The notes under the pieces: model-generated
What the model was told of the DNA's origin: nothing
The model's input: only the letters and a program-made list of their open reading frames with translations
Databases searched by the model: none
Program-made: the position numbers and the translations under genes
In this document: piece by piece, positions 39,920-49,456 of the stretch
Numbering within the stretch: the stretch's first letter is position 1
Layout of the letters: each line of letters begins with the position of its first letter
DNA from: an uncultured Clostridia bacterium
GTDB taxonomy: Bacteria; Bacillota; Clostridia; TANB77; CAG-508
Assembly: GCA_934129785.1 (NCBI GenBank)
Contig: CAKOWW010000007.1
Location: forward strand, 7,373-71,372
Length of the DNA stretch: 64,000 nucleotides
Direction of reading: 5' to 3'

Positions 39920-39945
39920 AGGGCAGATATTATTCTGCCTTTTTA
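39920..39945. terminator. bidirectional terminator (GGCAGA/TCTGCC) between the endolysin and a convergent gene
   Basis: Stem flanked by an A run and a T run. Confidence 0.6.
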
Positions 39946-39946
39946 T

Positions 39947-40255
39947 TTAATATGAGTTTATAATGCTAAAAGTATGGTAATCCTCAGCTACTTCTATTGA
40001 AATAGTATCAAGAGGTTTAATCTCCTTACGAGAGATTTTATATATTAATTCATGAATAATGTTTGAACAAAAAGTATAGTATGGACCAGGAGAATGTGGC
40101 ATAATAGCAGGATTAAAAACTACAGTTTTGATATCGTCGTAATTAGACAAGTATATCTCATCTAGCATAAAACTACATTTTTTGCCATTGAAAACATAAT
40201 TATATTTTATGCTTTTTATATTAGGCAAATCTTCTCTTTTAAAATCAATTTTCAT
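39947..40255 (-). CDS. hypothetical protein (102 aa), moron
   Basis: ATG 40255 after AAGGAGTGA. Opposite orientation to the phage late genes. Confidence 0.6.
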   Translation of the reverse strand: MKIDFKREDLPNIKSIKYNYVFNGKKCSFMLDEIYLSNYDDIKTVVFNPAIMPHSPGPYYTFCSNIIHELIYKISRKEIKPLDTISIEVAEDYHTFSIINSY

Positions 40256-40457
40256 ATAAATCACTCCTTTTTTCTACACTATATCACACAAAAAAATGAA
40301 AATGTTGTCGAAATTTGTCATAAAGCGAAAAATATAAAAAACAACTTAAAAATCAAGGCATGTAATTATATTAAATAAAAAATAAAACGGCTTAAAATCG
40401 ATTCTAAAGAGTTGCTTTTCGTTGAAATATCAATAAAAAATAAGATTATAAAAACTA

Positions 40458-40486
40458 TTGACAAATGAAAAAAATATGCATATAAT
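40458..40486 (+). promoter_or_regulatory. consensus promoter TTGACA-17-TATAAT
   Basis: TTGACA 40458-40463 and TATAAT 40481-40486. Confidence 0.7.
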
Positions 40487-40534
40487 TTATTAAAGATTAA
40501 TACAATTTGTATTAGTTAAAGGAGGTAGATAACT

Positions 40535-40603
40535 ATGTATGGAGATTGGATGGGAGATAATAAAATAATAATAAATCAAGGTGAAAACCAAGAAAAAAAA
40601 TAA
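40535..40603 (+). CDS. 22-aa peptide MYGDWMGDNKIIINQGENQEKK
   Basis: AAAGGAGG RBS 7 nt upstream, consensus promoter about 50 nt upstream, terminator immediately downstream. Confidence 0.4.
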   Translation: MYGDWMGDNKIIINQGENQEKK

Positions 40604-40633
40604 AGGCAGTTGTTATTCAACTGTCTTTATTTT
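40604..40633. terminator. bidirectional terminator (AGGCAGTTG/CAACTGTCT)
   Basis: 9-bp stem with a T run on the plus strand and an A run upstream. Contains the stop codon of the minus-strand gene. Confidence 0.65.
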
Positions 40634-41539
40634 AGGATTTAATTTTTTCTTTTTGCTTCTCTTGTTTTTTCTTTCAGTTATTAAGGATTTTTGATAAATT
40701 TTTTGCCATTCTTCATATACTTTAATAATATTAGTATAAAATTTATCTGAGTATTTACCATTATTTCTTATAGAAATTTCTATTGATAAAGTTTCTACTG
40801 TATCAAAAAATATTTGATGTAAAGATTGATAGATATATGTATAACCAGCAGCATGGGTTGAAAGATTCATACAAAGATATTCCAATTTGTTTAAAACCTC
40901 ATTTTCTAAATTCGAAAAATGAAATGGGAAAGATGAATTATCCAAAGTAAATAATTTTTTTGCTTCTTCAGTAGTATAAATATATTTTTCATTTCCTTTT
41001 TCATCAATTGATTTAAATTTTTCATTATAATCTTTAGCAGTTGTGATTCTACTTTCCAATACTCTAAAATACAAGTTATCAAAATCTAAAGAATCTTTTA
41101 TTTTTTTATAATCGCTAGGAAAATCATCGTTTTCTGTTAGTTCTCTTAGTTCTTCGGTATTAAAGTCTATAGAACAAGGCTTACGTTTTATTAATTTAGA
41201 AAGTGGAGAATTTTCATAAACTGCTATTAAAGTACTACATTTTTTCAATAGACCATCGGAAAAATTTTTTGCTATTTCAAATGATTTTTCTTGTTGTCTT
41301 AATGAACTGCTTTTTGTGTATTGATACATAGCCCAAATAGAAGCAAAAACAGTTCCTATTAGAGTAAGCCAAATACCCCAGTTATTTAAAGAAATACCAA
41401 ATAAAGTTATTTCCTGACTTTCAACTTCAATAGGATTTTTAGTTGGTAAAAATAAAAGTAGAAAACCAGATCCTATAATCAATGCTATACAAATAATAAC
41501 ATAAACAATATGCTTTTTTACATAATCGATAAAATTCAT
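40613..41539 (-). CDS. two-TM membrane protein with ~230-aa cytoplasmic domain of unknown function (308 aa)
   Basis: ATG 41539 after GGGAGGATG. TM helices at aa 12-33 and 55-77. Its own consensus promoter. Confidence 0.7.
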   Translation of the reverse strand: MNFIDYVKKHIVYVIICIALIIGSGFLLLFLPTKNPIEVESQEITLFGISLNNWGIWLTLIGTVFASIWAMYQYTKSSSLRQQEKSFEIAKNFSDGLLKKCSTLIAVYENSPLSKLIKRKPCSIDFNTEELRELTENDDFPSDYKKIKDSLDFDNLYFRVLESRITTAKDYNEKFKSIDEKGNEKYIYTTEEAKKLFTLDNSSFPFHFSNLENEVLNKLEYLCMNLSTHAAGYTYIYQSLHQIFFDTVETLSIEISIRNNGKYSDKFYTNIIKVYEEWQKIYQKSLITERKNKRSKKKKLNPKIKTVE

Positions 41540-41563
41540 TTCAACATCCTCCCAATTAAAAGT

Positions 41564-41592
41564 ATTATATAGAGATAAAATCAAGAAGTCAA
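41564..41592 (-). promoter_or_regulatory. consensus promoter TTGACT-17-TATAAT (minus strand)
   Basis: Reverse complement of 41587-41592 is TTGACT and of 41564-41569 is TATAAT. Confidence 0.7.
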
Positions 41593-41690
41593 CAGTTTTT
41601 TAAACTTATCCCAAAATATTCCATCTAAGTGACACCGTTCGACACACAAAATTAACATAATGTGCTATAATCTATGTAGAGGTGATGAAT

Positions 41691-41891
41691 ATGAAAGAAG
41701 CATATAACAATTCACTACTAATGCTAAAAATTTTAGGAATAAGATTAACAAGAAAGCAGTATACAGAATTAGCAAAAAGATTTAACTTATTAAGCATACA
41801 AAGTTTACAATTCATGTCAAACAAGAGTTATGAAAGCATAATGAAAGAAATACAGAAAGAATCAAAAAAGGCTAAAAAGGAAATTGCATAA
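41691..41891 (+). CDS. hypothetical protein (66 aa)
   Basis: AGAGGTGA RBS. Extended -10 TGCTATAAT at 41663-41671. Confidence 0.5.
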   Translation: MKEAYNNSLLMLKILGIRLTRKQYTELAKRFNLLSIQSLQFMSNKSYESIMKEIQKESKKAKKEIA

Positions 41892-41931
41892 AAAAAGATA
41901 CTTCTAGCAATAATAAGCTAGAGGTGTTTTT

Positions 41932-42144
41932 ATGACTGTAGAATTAAAAATAAAAGAAATTAGACAAGAGATGGGAATATCATTAAGAGAATTATCAGAA
42001 GAAACAGGAATTGAAAGACATAGACTAGCAGAAATAGAAATAAATGTAGATAAAATATTATTTATAGAAATGTTAGTAATAGCAGAAAATTTGGGTAAAA
42101 AAATAACGGACTTATACGATACTGGAACCTTAGAGCTACAATAG
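41932..42144 (+). CDS. XRE-family HTH regulator (70 aa)
   Basis: IKEIRQEMGISLRELSEETGIERHRLAEIE helix-turn-helix. Confidence 0.75.
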   Translation: MTVELKIKEIRQEMGISLRELSEETGIERHRLAEIEINVDKILFIEMLVIAENLGKKITDLYDTGTLELQ

Positions 42145-42301
42145 ATGTAGCTCATTTTAGTGTAAAACCCAAAATTCGACAAAAAGCAAGTTTTATAAAA
42201 TAAAGAAGTATTTTCATAAAACATTTTAACATTTAGATAAAATCTAAGATACAATTATTACATCAAAAGAGCTCTGAAAAAGAAAAAGGAGAAATGTAGT
42301 A

Positions 42302-42469
42302 ATGAATATAGTAGAAGATGAAGTAATGAAAAACGAAAAAAGTATAATAATTGAAAGAATAAGAAATAATAAAAGAATTTTTAATGATAAAGAAATTGAA
42401 ATAATATTAAGTAATCAAAACTTAATTAGTAAATTGTATTTGCTTGGATTTCTTGATTCAACATTTTAA
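42302..42469 (+). CDS. hypothetical protein (55 aa)
   Basis: AAAGGAGAAATG upstream. Last ORF before attR. Confidence 0.4.
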   Translation: MNIVEDEVMKNEKSIIIERIRNNKRIFNDKEIEIILSNQNLISKLYLLGFLDSTF

Positions 42470-42487
42470 TGCAATTTTTAATGCAAC
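42467..42487 (+). repeat. tandem AATGCAA motif (TAATGCAATTTTTAATGCAAC), right-arm copy
   Basis: Matches 4642-4661 with one extra T. Confidence 0.55.
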
Positions 42488-42619
42488 GCCAAAGAAAAGT
42501 TATAAAAAACGAAAGAAAAGTATAAAAAAATGAAAAAATTAACAAGCTCTAAAAGCTATGGAATAAGCGGGAAAGGGAAAGTGTAAGAAAAAAAGGGAAA
42601 AAATAAAAACTTTTTCTTT

Positions 42620-42633
42620 TTCCCTGCCCACCA
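42620..42633 (+). repeat. attR core TTCCCTGCCCACCA
   Basis: Exact copy of the tRNA-Tyr 3' end (4567-4580). Confidence 0.85.
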
Positions 42634-42884
42634 AAAAGTTGAAATTTTAACCGATTTCGGCTTTTTTTATTTGTATTTAAAAATACCTGTAAGTATTGAT
42701 ATTGATTTATTCTAGTCACTTTCATTATTTAGAATATATTCAAAATTATTCAACATTTTTTGTTGTTTTTTGCTTCTGCACAAAATCTGCACAAATAAAT
42801 TGCACAAAAAGATAGAACCAAAATGCAGTTCTATCTACTTTTAAAAATAATATTATTTATAAATGAATTTACTAATCTTTTTAA

Positions 42885-43046
42885 TTATTTGTTTTGTTCC
42901 GATGTTTCATTATAATAAGTAAATTCATAATTTCCAAAATATTCATATACTTGGTCTCTTAATTTTAAGTATTTAATTGTTACAATTGAAAGAATAATAA
43001 TTAAAATTATAATAATACTTAAAAAAATTGTACATAATTTCTTCAT
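42885..43046 (-). CDS. small membrane protein (53 aa)
   Basis: AGAGGGGGG RBS. N-terminal TM (LCTIFLSIIIILIIILSIV). Terminator at about 42812-42842. Confidence 0.5.
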   Translation of the reverse strand: MKKLCTIFLSIIIILIIILSIVTIKYLKLRDQVYEYFGNYEFTYYNETSEQNK

Positions 43047-43329
43047 ATAAACCCCCCTCTTTTTTTATTATATTATATTAATATAGTAATAGCAATAATT
43101 AATTGTTATTATTTACAATATTAGTTGTATTTTATTTTTAACACATAAACGAACAGAAGTTTAAAAAATGTTTGGATATGGTATTTAACACAAACAAAGA
43201 AAAAGGTAATTCTGGACTAGGAATAGCAACTATTCGAAAAAGTTGACATAATCAAAATAAAGTAGTACAATAATAATGGATACACTAAACAGTGTCCAAA
43301 TTCTTTGAGGCATGAGGAGGAATAACAAA

Positions 43330-43707
43330 ATGGAGAAAAAGAATTTGAGTCTAAAAAAACAGATAAGCAACTTAAAGAAAGAAGTAAAGGCTGTAGAAGG
43401 AAAAGTGCACCTAATTAGCATTTTATTTGAAGACCCTGCAAAACCAGCATGTGATTTTTGGGAACATATTCAAAAATTAAAATTGTTGCTTTTAGAGGTT
43501 GATTCAGACGAAGAAAGAAACCTTTTGAAAGAAGAAATTGAAAGAAAACAATGGGAATATGAAACCATTGTATATAGGGTAGCAAGAATGCTTACCTTTG
43601 AAGAAATAAAAAATGCACTAGAACATCCTTATAAGGATTTTGAATGCTTTGTCTTAGATGACATTATGTCTGAAAAGATAAATGACATGCAAAATGGAAA
43701 AAAATAA
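43330..43707 (+). CDS. hypothetical protein (125 aa)
   Basis: GAGGAGG RBS. Promoter TTGACA-17-TACAAT at about 43243-43271. Confidence 0.6.
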   Translation: MEKKNLSLKKQISNLKKEVKAVEGKVHLISILFEDPAKPACDFWEHIQKLKLLLLEVDSDEERNLLKEEIERKQWEYETIVYRVARMLTFEEIKNALEHPYKDFECFVLDDIMSEKINDMQNGKK

Positions 43708-43721
43708 ATAGTATCTGTTTG

Positions 43722-43749
43722 AAACCCCTGCATGTATGCGGGGGTTTTT
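43722..43749. terminator. bidirectional terminator AAACCCCTGCA/TGCGGGGGTTT
   Basis: GC-rich stem between convergent genes. Confidence 0.75.
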
Positions 43750-43756
43750 ACAAATA

Positions 43757-44989
43757 TTATAAGCTAACAATTTTATGAGTAAAATCAAGATTACTCCAAG
43801 AATCATACATATATCCTATAGAATACACATCAGTTGCCCAAATATCTTTATCAAGCATAAGCTTCAAATTTCTATTAGAATTTCCATCAACAAAACGTTT
43901 AACAGAAGTAACAATCTCAAGTTTAGAATTAGCCTTAGCAATCTCAGAAATCAAAAACTTACCGCGATTTGTAAGCCCTAAAACTCTTGCGTAAGGAGAA
44001 ACATGTTTAGACAACTCCATATCCTTTTTAGTAAAGCCAAGCAAAGCATAAAGCAAAATTCTCTGTAATCTAGTTTCAGTATAACGCTTAGATTTAATTA
44101 TATTCAAAAACTCAGTCACAGAATTGCAAGAATTTGCAGTATTTTTAATAGCAAACTCTAAACCTTCAGAAACATCTGGAAGATTAGCAATTTCCTTGAT
44201 ATCCATTTTCCTTAAAGTATAAATAATTTCTTTTTCAAAAGCAGACAAATCAGTAACAAAATGACCTTGTTTTATATTATCCATTAAAATAGAATAACTA
44301 GATTCTGGTAAAAGCCTTCTTAAAATATCAAATCCTCCATTTTTTACAATATTACGAATAGCTGTAGCACTTGCTATATTTCCAGAAAAATCAGAATCAT
44401 TATAACCAGCTTCAAACCTAGGAATTGCAACAGGTACAATTTTACTCTTGTGTTTTTTCAAAGCTTTAATATATTCAATACCTAAAATATTGTTAGGTGA
44501 AGAAAGAATATTAGAATATTTTTTAGAATTATTTAAATACATAATTAAGGCATTTTCACGAGCTTTAGGAAAGGAAATTCCCTTCTTTAATTCAGTTGTT
44601 AAAATATTTTTATATTCTTTAGGCTCGCGATATAGAACATCGGCTAATTCACTTAATATATCTACATTTGAAGTTTCAGCACCAAAAGCTATAAAATCTA
44701 CAATTCTCAAAGAGTTTAAAAGCTTAATAGCTCCATCTGCAAAGTTTTCAGCACTAGAAGTAGCATATAAAGTTGGTAATTCTAAAACTAGATCAACACC
44801 ACATTTAAGAGCCATTTCAGCTCTAGACCATTTATTTATTAAAGCAGTAGAACCGCGTTCAGTAAAATTGCCACTTATTACAGCCACAACATATGTTGCA
44901 CCTGTTAATTTTTTTGCTTCTTCTAAATGATGCAAGTGGCCATTGTGAAATGGATTATATTCTGCTATAATACCTAATACTTTTCCCAT
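43757..44989 (-). CDS. tmcAL: tRNA(Met) cytidine acetate ligase TmcAL (UPF0348 nucleotidyltransferase)
   Basis: N-terminal GIIAEYNPFHNGHLHHL (HxGH nucleotidyltransferase motif). About 410 aa. Start ATG 44989 or GTG 44998. Confidence 0.8.
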   Translation of the reverse strand: MGKVLGIIAEYNPFHNGHLHHLEEAKKLTGATYVVAVISGNFTERGSTALINKWSRAEMALKCGVDLVLELPTLYATSSAENFADGAIKLLNSLRIVDFIAFGAETSNVDILSELADVLYREPKEYKNILTTELKKGISFPKARENALIMYLNNSKKYSNILSSPNNILGIEYIKALKKHKSKIVPVAIPRFEAGYNDSDFSGNIASATAIRNIVKNGGFDILRRLLPESSYSILMDNIKQGHFVTDLSAFEKEIIYTLRKMDIKEIANLPDVSEGLEFAIKNTANSCNSVTEFLNIIKSKRYTETRLQRILLYALLGFTKKDMELSKHVSPYARVLGLTNRGKFLISEIAKANSKLEIVTSVKRFVDGNSNRNLKLMLDKDIWATDVYSIGYMYDSWSNLDFTHKIVSL

Positions 44990-45128
44990 AAAGTACACAA
45001 TCCTTTCTAATTATTCTTGTATAAATCAAATTAAACTGATATAATATTATCATAAAAAAGAGAAAAAAACAATTAAATAGCGGGTTTTAAGGATTAAAAT
45101 TAAGCTAAAATTAGGAAAGGAAAATAAT

Positions 45129-45563
45129 ATGGAAAAAGTTGTAATATATACAGATGGAGCATGTTCAGGAAATCCAGGACCAGGTGGTTGGGGAGCAATT
45201 TTAATGTATAAAGAAAACAAAAAAGAAATATCTGGTGCCAAAAAAAATACGACAAATAATGTAATGGAGTTAACAGCCGTTATAGAAGGATTAAAGCTAT
45301 TAAAATTTCCATGCGAAGTAAAATTATATAGCGATAGTGCTTATGTTGTAAATGCATTTAATCAAGGGTGGATATACAACTGGGTAAAAAACAATTGGAA
45401 AACATCAGGAAAAGATCCTGTGAAAAATAAAGAAATATGGCAGGAACTATACAACTTAACAAAAGTGCACAAGGTAGAATTTATAAAAGTAAAAGGACAT
45501 AGTGACAATGAATATAACAATAGATGTGATGAATTAGCGAGAAATGCGATAAAAACACTATAA
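45129..45563 (+). CDS. rnhA: ribonuclease HI
   Basis: [29 protein letters not shown] and SDSAYV blocks. Confidence 0.92.
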   Translation: MEKVVIYTDGACSGNPGPGGWGAILMYKENKKEISGAKKNTTNNVMELTAVIEGLKLLKFPCEVKLYSDSAYVVNAFNQGWIYNWVKNNWKTSGKDPVKNKEIWQELYNLTKVHKVEFIKVKGHSDNEYNNRCDELARNAIKTL

Positions 45564-45692
45564 AATTTATAAAAACAAGAAAGCAATGTTTATATAATTA
45601 TTACAATTATGTGACATGCCCCAAAAATATTGAATTATTTTACTAATTTTAATATAATAAAATTGTATAAAAACGGAACAAAGGAGAAAAAA

Positions 45693-46499
45693 ATGGAAAC
45701 TTTTGCAGATTATATATTAACAGAAGAAAATTTGGCCTCAAAAATAGAAATAGTTTATTATTTATCAAAAAAGAGAAAAATATTTTTTGATAAATCAGTG
45801 ATTTTTAAAACAGAAATAGCAAGAATATTTTTAAATTACTCTAAAATAGATGTAGATAAAAATCTAGTATTAACTGCATGTCTATTATCTAATTGCAAGA
45901 AGGTTGACAATGCACAAGATATAGAAAGTGTACATACATATGCAAAAAATGGAGCAGATTTTTTACAAACTCTTGGATTTGAAAAAAGATTTTGCAAAAT
46001 TTGTGAAGAAATAAATAGGTATAGTAAAAGCAATCCCAGAGAAAGAGAAAGTGATATATTAGAATTAGTTGACCAATTTGGAGGAATGTTATTAGATAGA
46101 CCAGAAAGAATTGGATTTAAACCTGACGAAGCATTAGTTTTACTAGAACATAGAAATTTAAAAGATGAATACAATAGATATTTAGAAACATTTAGAGATT
46201 TTGTGAATTTTATGGAAACAATAGAAATTAATGATATGTTAAACATGACAGCATTAAGAAGATTGGTAAAAATTTATAATGAAACAGAAGATTTAGTGCG
46301 ATTCATAGAAAAAGTAATGTATGAATATGAACCTAAGGTAGACAAACTAATAGAAAAAAAAATAGATAATATAGCAAAAAAAATATTTGAAGATGTATCA
46401 GATCCAAATAGACCGTTATTTAGTAAAGAAACAGCTAAAAAGATAATGGAACATATGGGAGAAAATGAAACAGCAGAATTAGCAAAAATGAAGGAGTAA
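45693..46499 (+). CDS. hypothetical protein, possibly HD-domain-like
   Basis: ATG 45693 after AAGGAG. Weak HD-like features only. Confidence 0.5.
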   Translation: METFADYILTEENLASKIEIVYYLSKKRKIFFDKSVIFKTEIARIFLNYSKIDVDKNLVLTACLLSNCKKVDNAQDIESVHTYAKNGADFLQTLGFEKRFCKICEEINRYSKSNPRERESDILELVDQFGGMLLDRPERIGFKPDEALVLLEHRNLKDEYNRYLETFRDFVNFMETIEINDMLNMTALRRLVKIYNETEDLVRFIEKVMYEYEPKVDKLIEKKIDNIAKKIFEDVSDPNRPLFSKETAKKIMEHMGENETAELAKMKE

Positions 46500-46502
46500 A
46501 AA

Positions 46503-47705
46503 ATGTACGAAATATTTGCAGATTTACATGTTCACATAGGAAGAAGTGAAAATGGAAAACCAATAAAAATAACAGCAGCAAGGTCATTGAACTTTGCAAA
46601 CATAGCAAAAGAATGTGCTGATAGAAAAGGAATAAATGTAGTAGGAATTATAGATTGTGCGTCTCCATACGTAATAGAAGATATAGAGAATTTCTTGAAA
46701 ACAGGAGAAGCGTATGAATTAGAAGATGGGGGAATAATATACAAAGATAAAGTTTGTATATTACTGGGAAGTGAAGTAGAAACTTCAGAAAAAGGAAGAA
46801 ATGGAAAAAGCGGAGCAGCACATAATATATGCTTTTTCCCACATCTAAGCGATATAAAGCAATTTTCAAATGAACTTAGTAGACACTTAAAAAATATTAC
46901 TTTAAGCACACAAAGAACAGATTTATCTGGATATGACTTAATAGATATAGTTGAAAAATATAATGGAATATTAATTCCAGCTCATGTATTTACACCACAT
47001 AAAAGCTATTATGGAAATTGTACAGATAGATTAGAAAATATATTTAAAGAAAAATTTGATAAAATATTTGCTATAGAATTAGGGCTAAGTTCAGATACAT
47101 ATTTAGCAGATATGATATCTGAACTAGAAACAAGAACATTTTTAACAAACTCAGATGCACATTCATTACCAAAAATAGCAAGAGAATACAATAAGATGGA
47201 AGTAGAAGATATATCTTTTAAAGAAGTTGTTAAAGCATTAAAAAATGAAGATGGAAGAAGAATAGTTGCTAATTATGGACTAGATCCAAAACTTGGTAAA
47301 TACCACAGAACATATTGTGATGATTGTGAAAAGTCAATTGAAACAAAAGAACCAGTTGAAGTTTGCCCAATGTGTGGTGGAAAAAATGTAACATTTGGAG
47401 TTTTTGATAGAATTGAATTAATAAAAGATAAAAAAGAAACAAAAAGTCCTAAAACAAGACCACCATATATATATCAAATTCCACTTGGATTTATACCAGG
47501 CGTTGGTGGAAAAACAATAGACAAATTATTGAATACTTTTGAAACAGAAATGAACATATTACATAAACTTTCAAAAGACGACCTAGAAATGGTTGTAGGA
47601 GAAAAAATTGCGACAAATATAGATAATGCAAGAAGTGGAAATTGCCATGTACAATCTGGTGGTGGCGGTGTATATGGAAAAGTTTCTGTAAAAACAAAAA
47701 AATAG
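46503..47705 (+). CDS. endonuclease Q-like PHP-domain protein (TIGR00375 type)
   Basis: N-terminal FADLHVHIGR, internal PAHVFTPH, zinc ribbon CDDCEK...CPMCGG, and a C-terminal HhH-like part. Confidence 0.75.
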   Translation: MYEIFADLHVHIGRSENGKPIKITAARSLNFANIAKECADRKGINVVGIIDCASPYVIEDIENFLKTGEAYELEDGGIIYKDKVCILLGSEVETSEKGRNGKSGAAHNICFFPHLSDIKQFSNELSRHLKNITLSTQRTDLSGYDLIDIVEKYNGILIPAHVFTPHKSYYGNCTDRLENIFKEKFDKIFAIELGLSSDTYLADMISELETRTFLTNSDAHSLPKIAREYNKMEVEDISFKEVVKALKNEDGRRIVANYGLDPKLGKYHRTYCDDCEKSIETKEPVEVCPMCGGKNVTFGVFDRIELIKDKKETKSPKTRPPYIYQIPLGFIPGVGGKTIDKLLNTFETEMNILHKLSKDDLEMVVGEKIATNIDNARSGNCHVQSGGGGVYGKVSVKTKK

Positions 47706-47764
47706 AGTTCTAAAAATCTCTTTATCGAATACACATTATGTTATAAAAGATAAGGAGATTTTTA

Positions 47765-48400
47765 ATGAGAAATAGTAGTAGAAAAATAAAACAAACAATT
47801 ATTGAACATGTAGCTAATAATAGGAAAGAATACATAATAATTGTACTTTTATTTATTATAGGAATATTTTTAGGAGTATTTTTTGTAAACAATATGCAAG
47901 AAAGCTCAAAAGAAGAAATACAGTCATATATTAATAATTTTATTGAAAAAATGAAAAATTCACAAAATATTGATAATATGAGTTTATTAAAAAATAGCAT
48001 AACTCAAAATATAGTATTTGCAGTATTAATATGGTTTTTTGGAACTACAGTAATAGGATTACCAATAGTATTTGGACTTGTACTGTACCGTGGCTTTTGT
48101 TTAGGGTATACAGTATCCTCATTTATTGCGATACTTGGTATAGGAAAGGGAATTGTTTTCATATTTGCAAGCTTATTATTTCAGAGTTTATTATCAATAC
48201 CTGCAATTTTAGGCTTAGCTGTAAGTGGATTTAAATTGTATAAATCAATAATAAGAGATAAAGCAAAAGAAAACATAAAATTAGAAATAGCAAGACACAC
48301 AATTTTTTCTATTATTATGATAGCGATACTTTTGATAGCATCTATAATAGAAATATTTATTTCTACAAATTTAATAAAAATATTGGCAAAATATTTATAA
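47765..48400 (+). CDS. spoIIM: stage II sporulation protein M
   Basis: Polytopic membrane protein with a SpoIIM-like core (FAVLIWFFGTTVIGLPIVFGLVLYRGFCLGY). Confidence 0.8.
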   Translation: MRNSSRKIKQTIIEHVANNRKEYIIIVLLFIIGIFLGVFFVNNMQESSKEEIQSYINNFIEKMKNSQNIDNMSLLKNSITQNIVFAVLIWFFGTTVIGLPIVFGLVLYRGFCLGYTVSSFIAILGIGKGIVFIFASLLFQSLLSIPAILGLAVSGFKLYKSIIRDKAKENIKLEIARHTIFSIIMIAILLIASIIEIFISTNLIKILAKYL

Positions 48401-48496
48401 AATTTGTGAAAATGTATTTACAATTAACAAATATTCTGATATAACATATATAGTTTATGTAAATATATTATTTTGAATATAGGGGTAGTGAAAAGA

Positions 48497-49378
48497 ATGG
48501 AAAGACAATTAAAAAACTTTTTTGATTTTTTAGAAAATGAAAAGAAATTATCAGAAAATACATTACAATCATACAAAAGAGATTTAAAGCAATTTAGAAG
48601 ATACTTAGAAGCATGTGAAATACATTATAATAGAGTAAAAGAAGAAGATATAAAAGATTACATAAGAGAATTACAAGAAGATGGAAAAAAAGCCTCAAGT
48701 ATATCTAGATGTATAGCATCTATTCGTTCTTTTTATCAATATATATTAAAAAGAAAGAAAATAAAACAAGATCCAACAGCAAATATACAATCACCTAAAA
48801 TAGAAAAAAGAATACCAAGTGTACTAACATCAAAAGAAGTAGAACTATTATTAGACCAACCAAAAGATGTTGACCTAAAAGGAACTCGTGATAAAGCAAT
48901 GCTAGAATTTGCATATGCTACAGGAATGAGAGTAACAGAAATAATTTCATTAAACATAGATGATGTAAATTTAGAAGAAGGATATGTAACTTGTAAAACA
49001 GGAACAAAACAAAGAACAATACCATTAGGAACAATGTCATTACAAGCATTAAAAGAATATATTGAAGATGCAAGAGACATTTTAATAAAAGATGAAAATG
49101 AAAAAGCATTATTTGTAAATATAAACGGTGGAAGACTTACAAGACAAGGATTTTGGAAAATTATAAAATATTATAAAGAACAAGCACACATAACTAAAGA
49201 CATAACACCACATGTTTTAAGACATTCATTTGCAACACATTTATTGCAAAATGGGGCAGATTTAAAAGCAATACAAACAATGTTAGGACATTCAGATATA
49301 TCATCAACACAAATATACATGCAATTTCAAGATGAAGGAATAAAAGATGTATATAAAAAAGCTCATCCAAGAGCATAA
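48497..49378 (+). CDS. xerD: tyrosine recombinase XerD
   Basis: R..HxxR..Y catalytic set (TPHVLRHSFATHLL...LGHSDISSTQIY). ATG 48497 after GGGGTAGTGA. Confidence 0.85.
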   Translation: MERQLKNFFDFLENEKKLSENTLQSYKRDLKQFRRYLEACEIHYNRVKEEDIKDYIRELQEDGKKASSISRCIASIRSFYQYILKRKKIKQDPTANIQSPKIEKRIPSVLTSKEVELLLDQPKDVDLKGTRDKAMLEFAYATGMRVTEIISLNIDDVNLEEGYVTCKTGTKQRTIPLGTMSLQALKEYIEDARDILIKDENEKALFVNINGGRLTRQGFWKIIKYYKEQAHITKDITPHVLRHSFATHLLQNGADLKAIQTMLGHSDISSTQIYMQFQDEGIKDVYKKAHPRA

Positions 49379-49456
49379 AATAAATAGGGGCTAAGGAAGA
49401 AACAAATTCTTTGGCTCTATTTTTTTACTGATTAATGGCTTATTTTAAATTAATAC

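Larger units (their letters stand above)
4567..42633. mobile_element. integrated HK97-like siphovirus prophage (~38 kb) in the tRNA-Tyr 3' end
   Basis: Bounded by identical 14-bp repeats. Integrase lies next to attL. Complete lysogeny, replication, packaging, head, tail and lysis modules. Host-type genes on both sides. Confidence 0.9.

Noticed and set aside
41904-42254. 116-aa minus-strand ORF
   Set aside because: It is antisense to the XRE HTH gene (41932-42144) and has no RBS.
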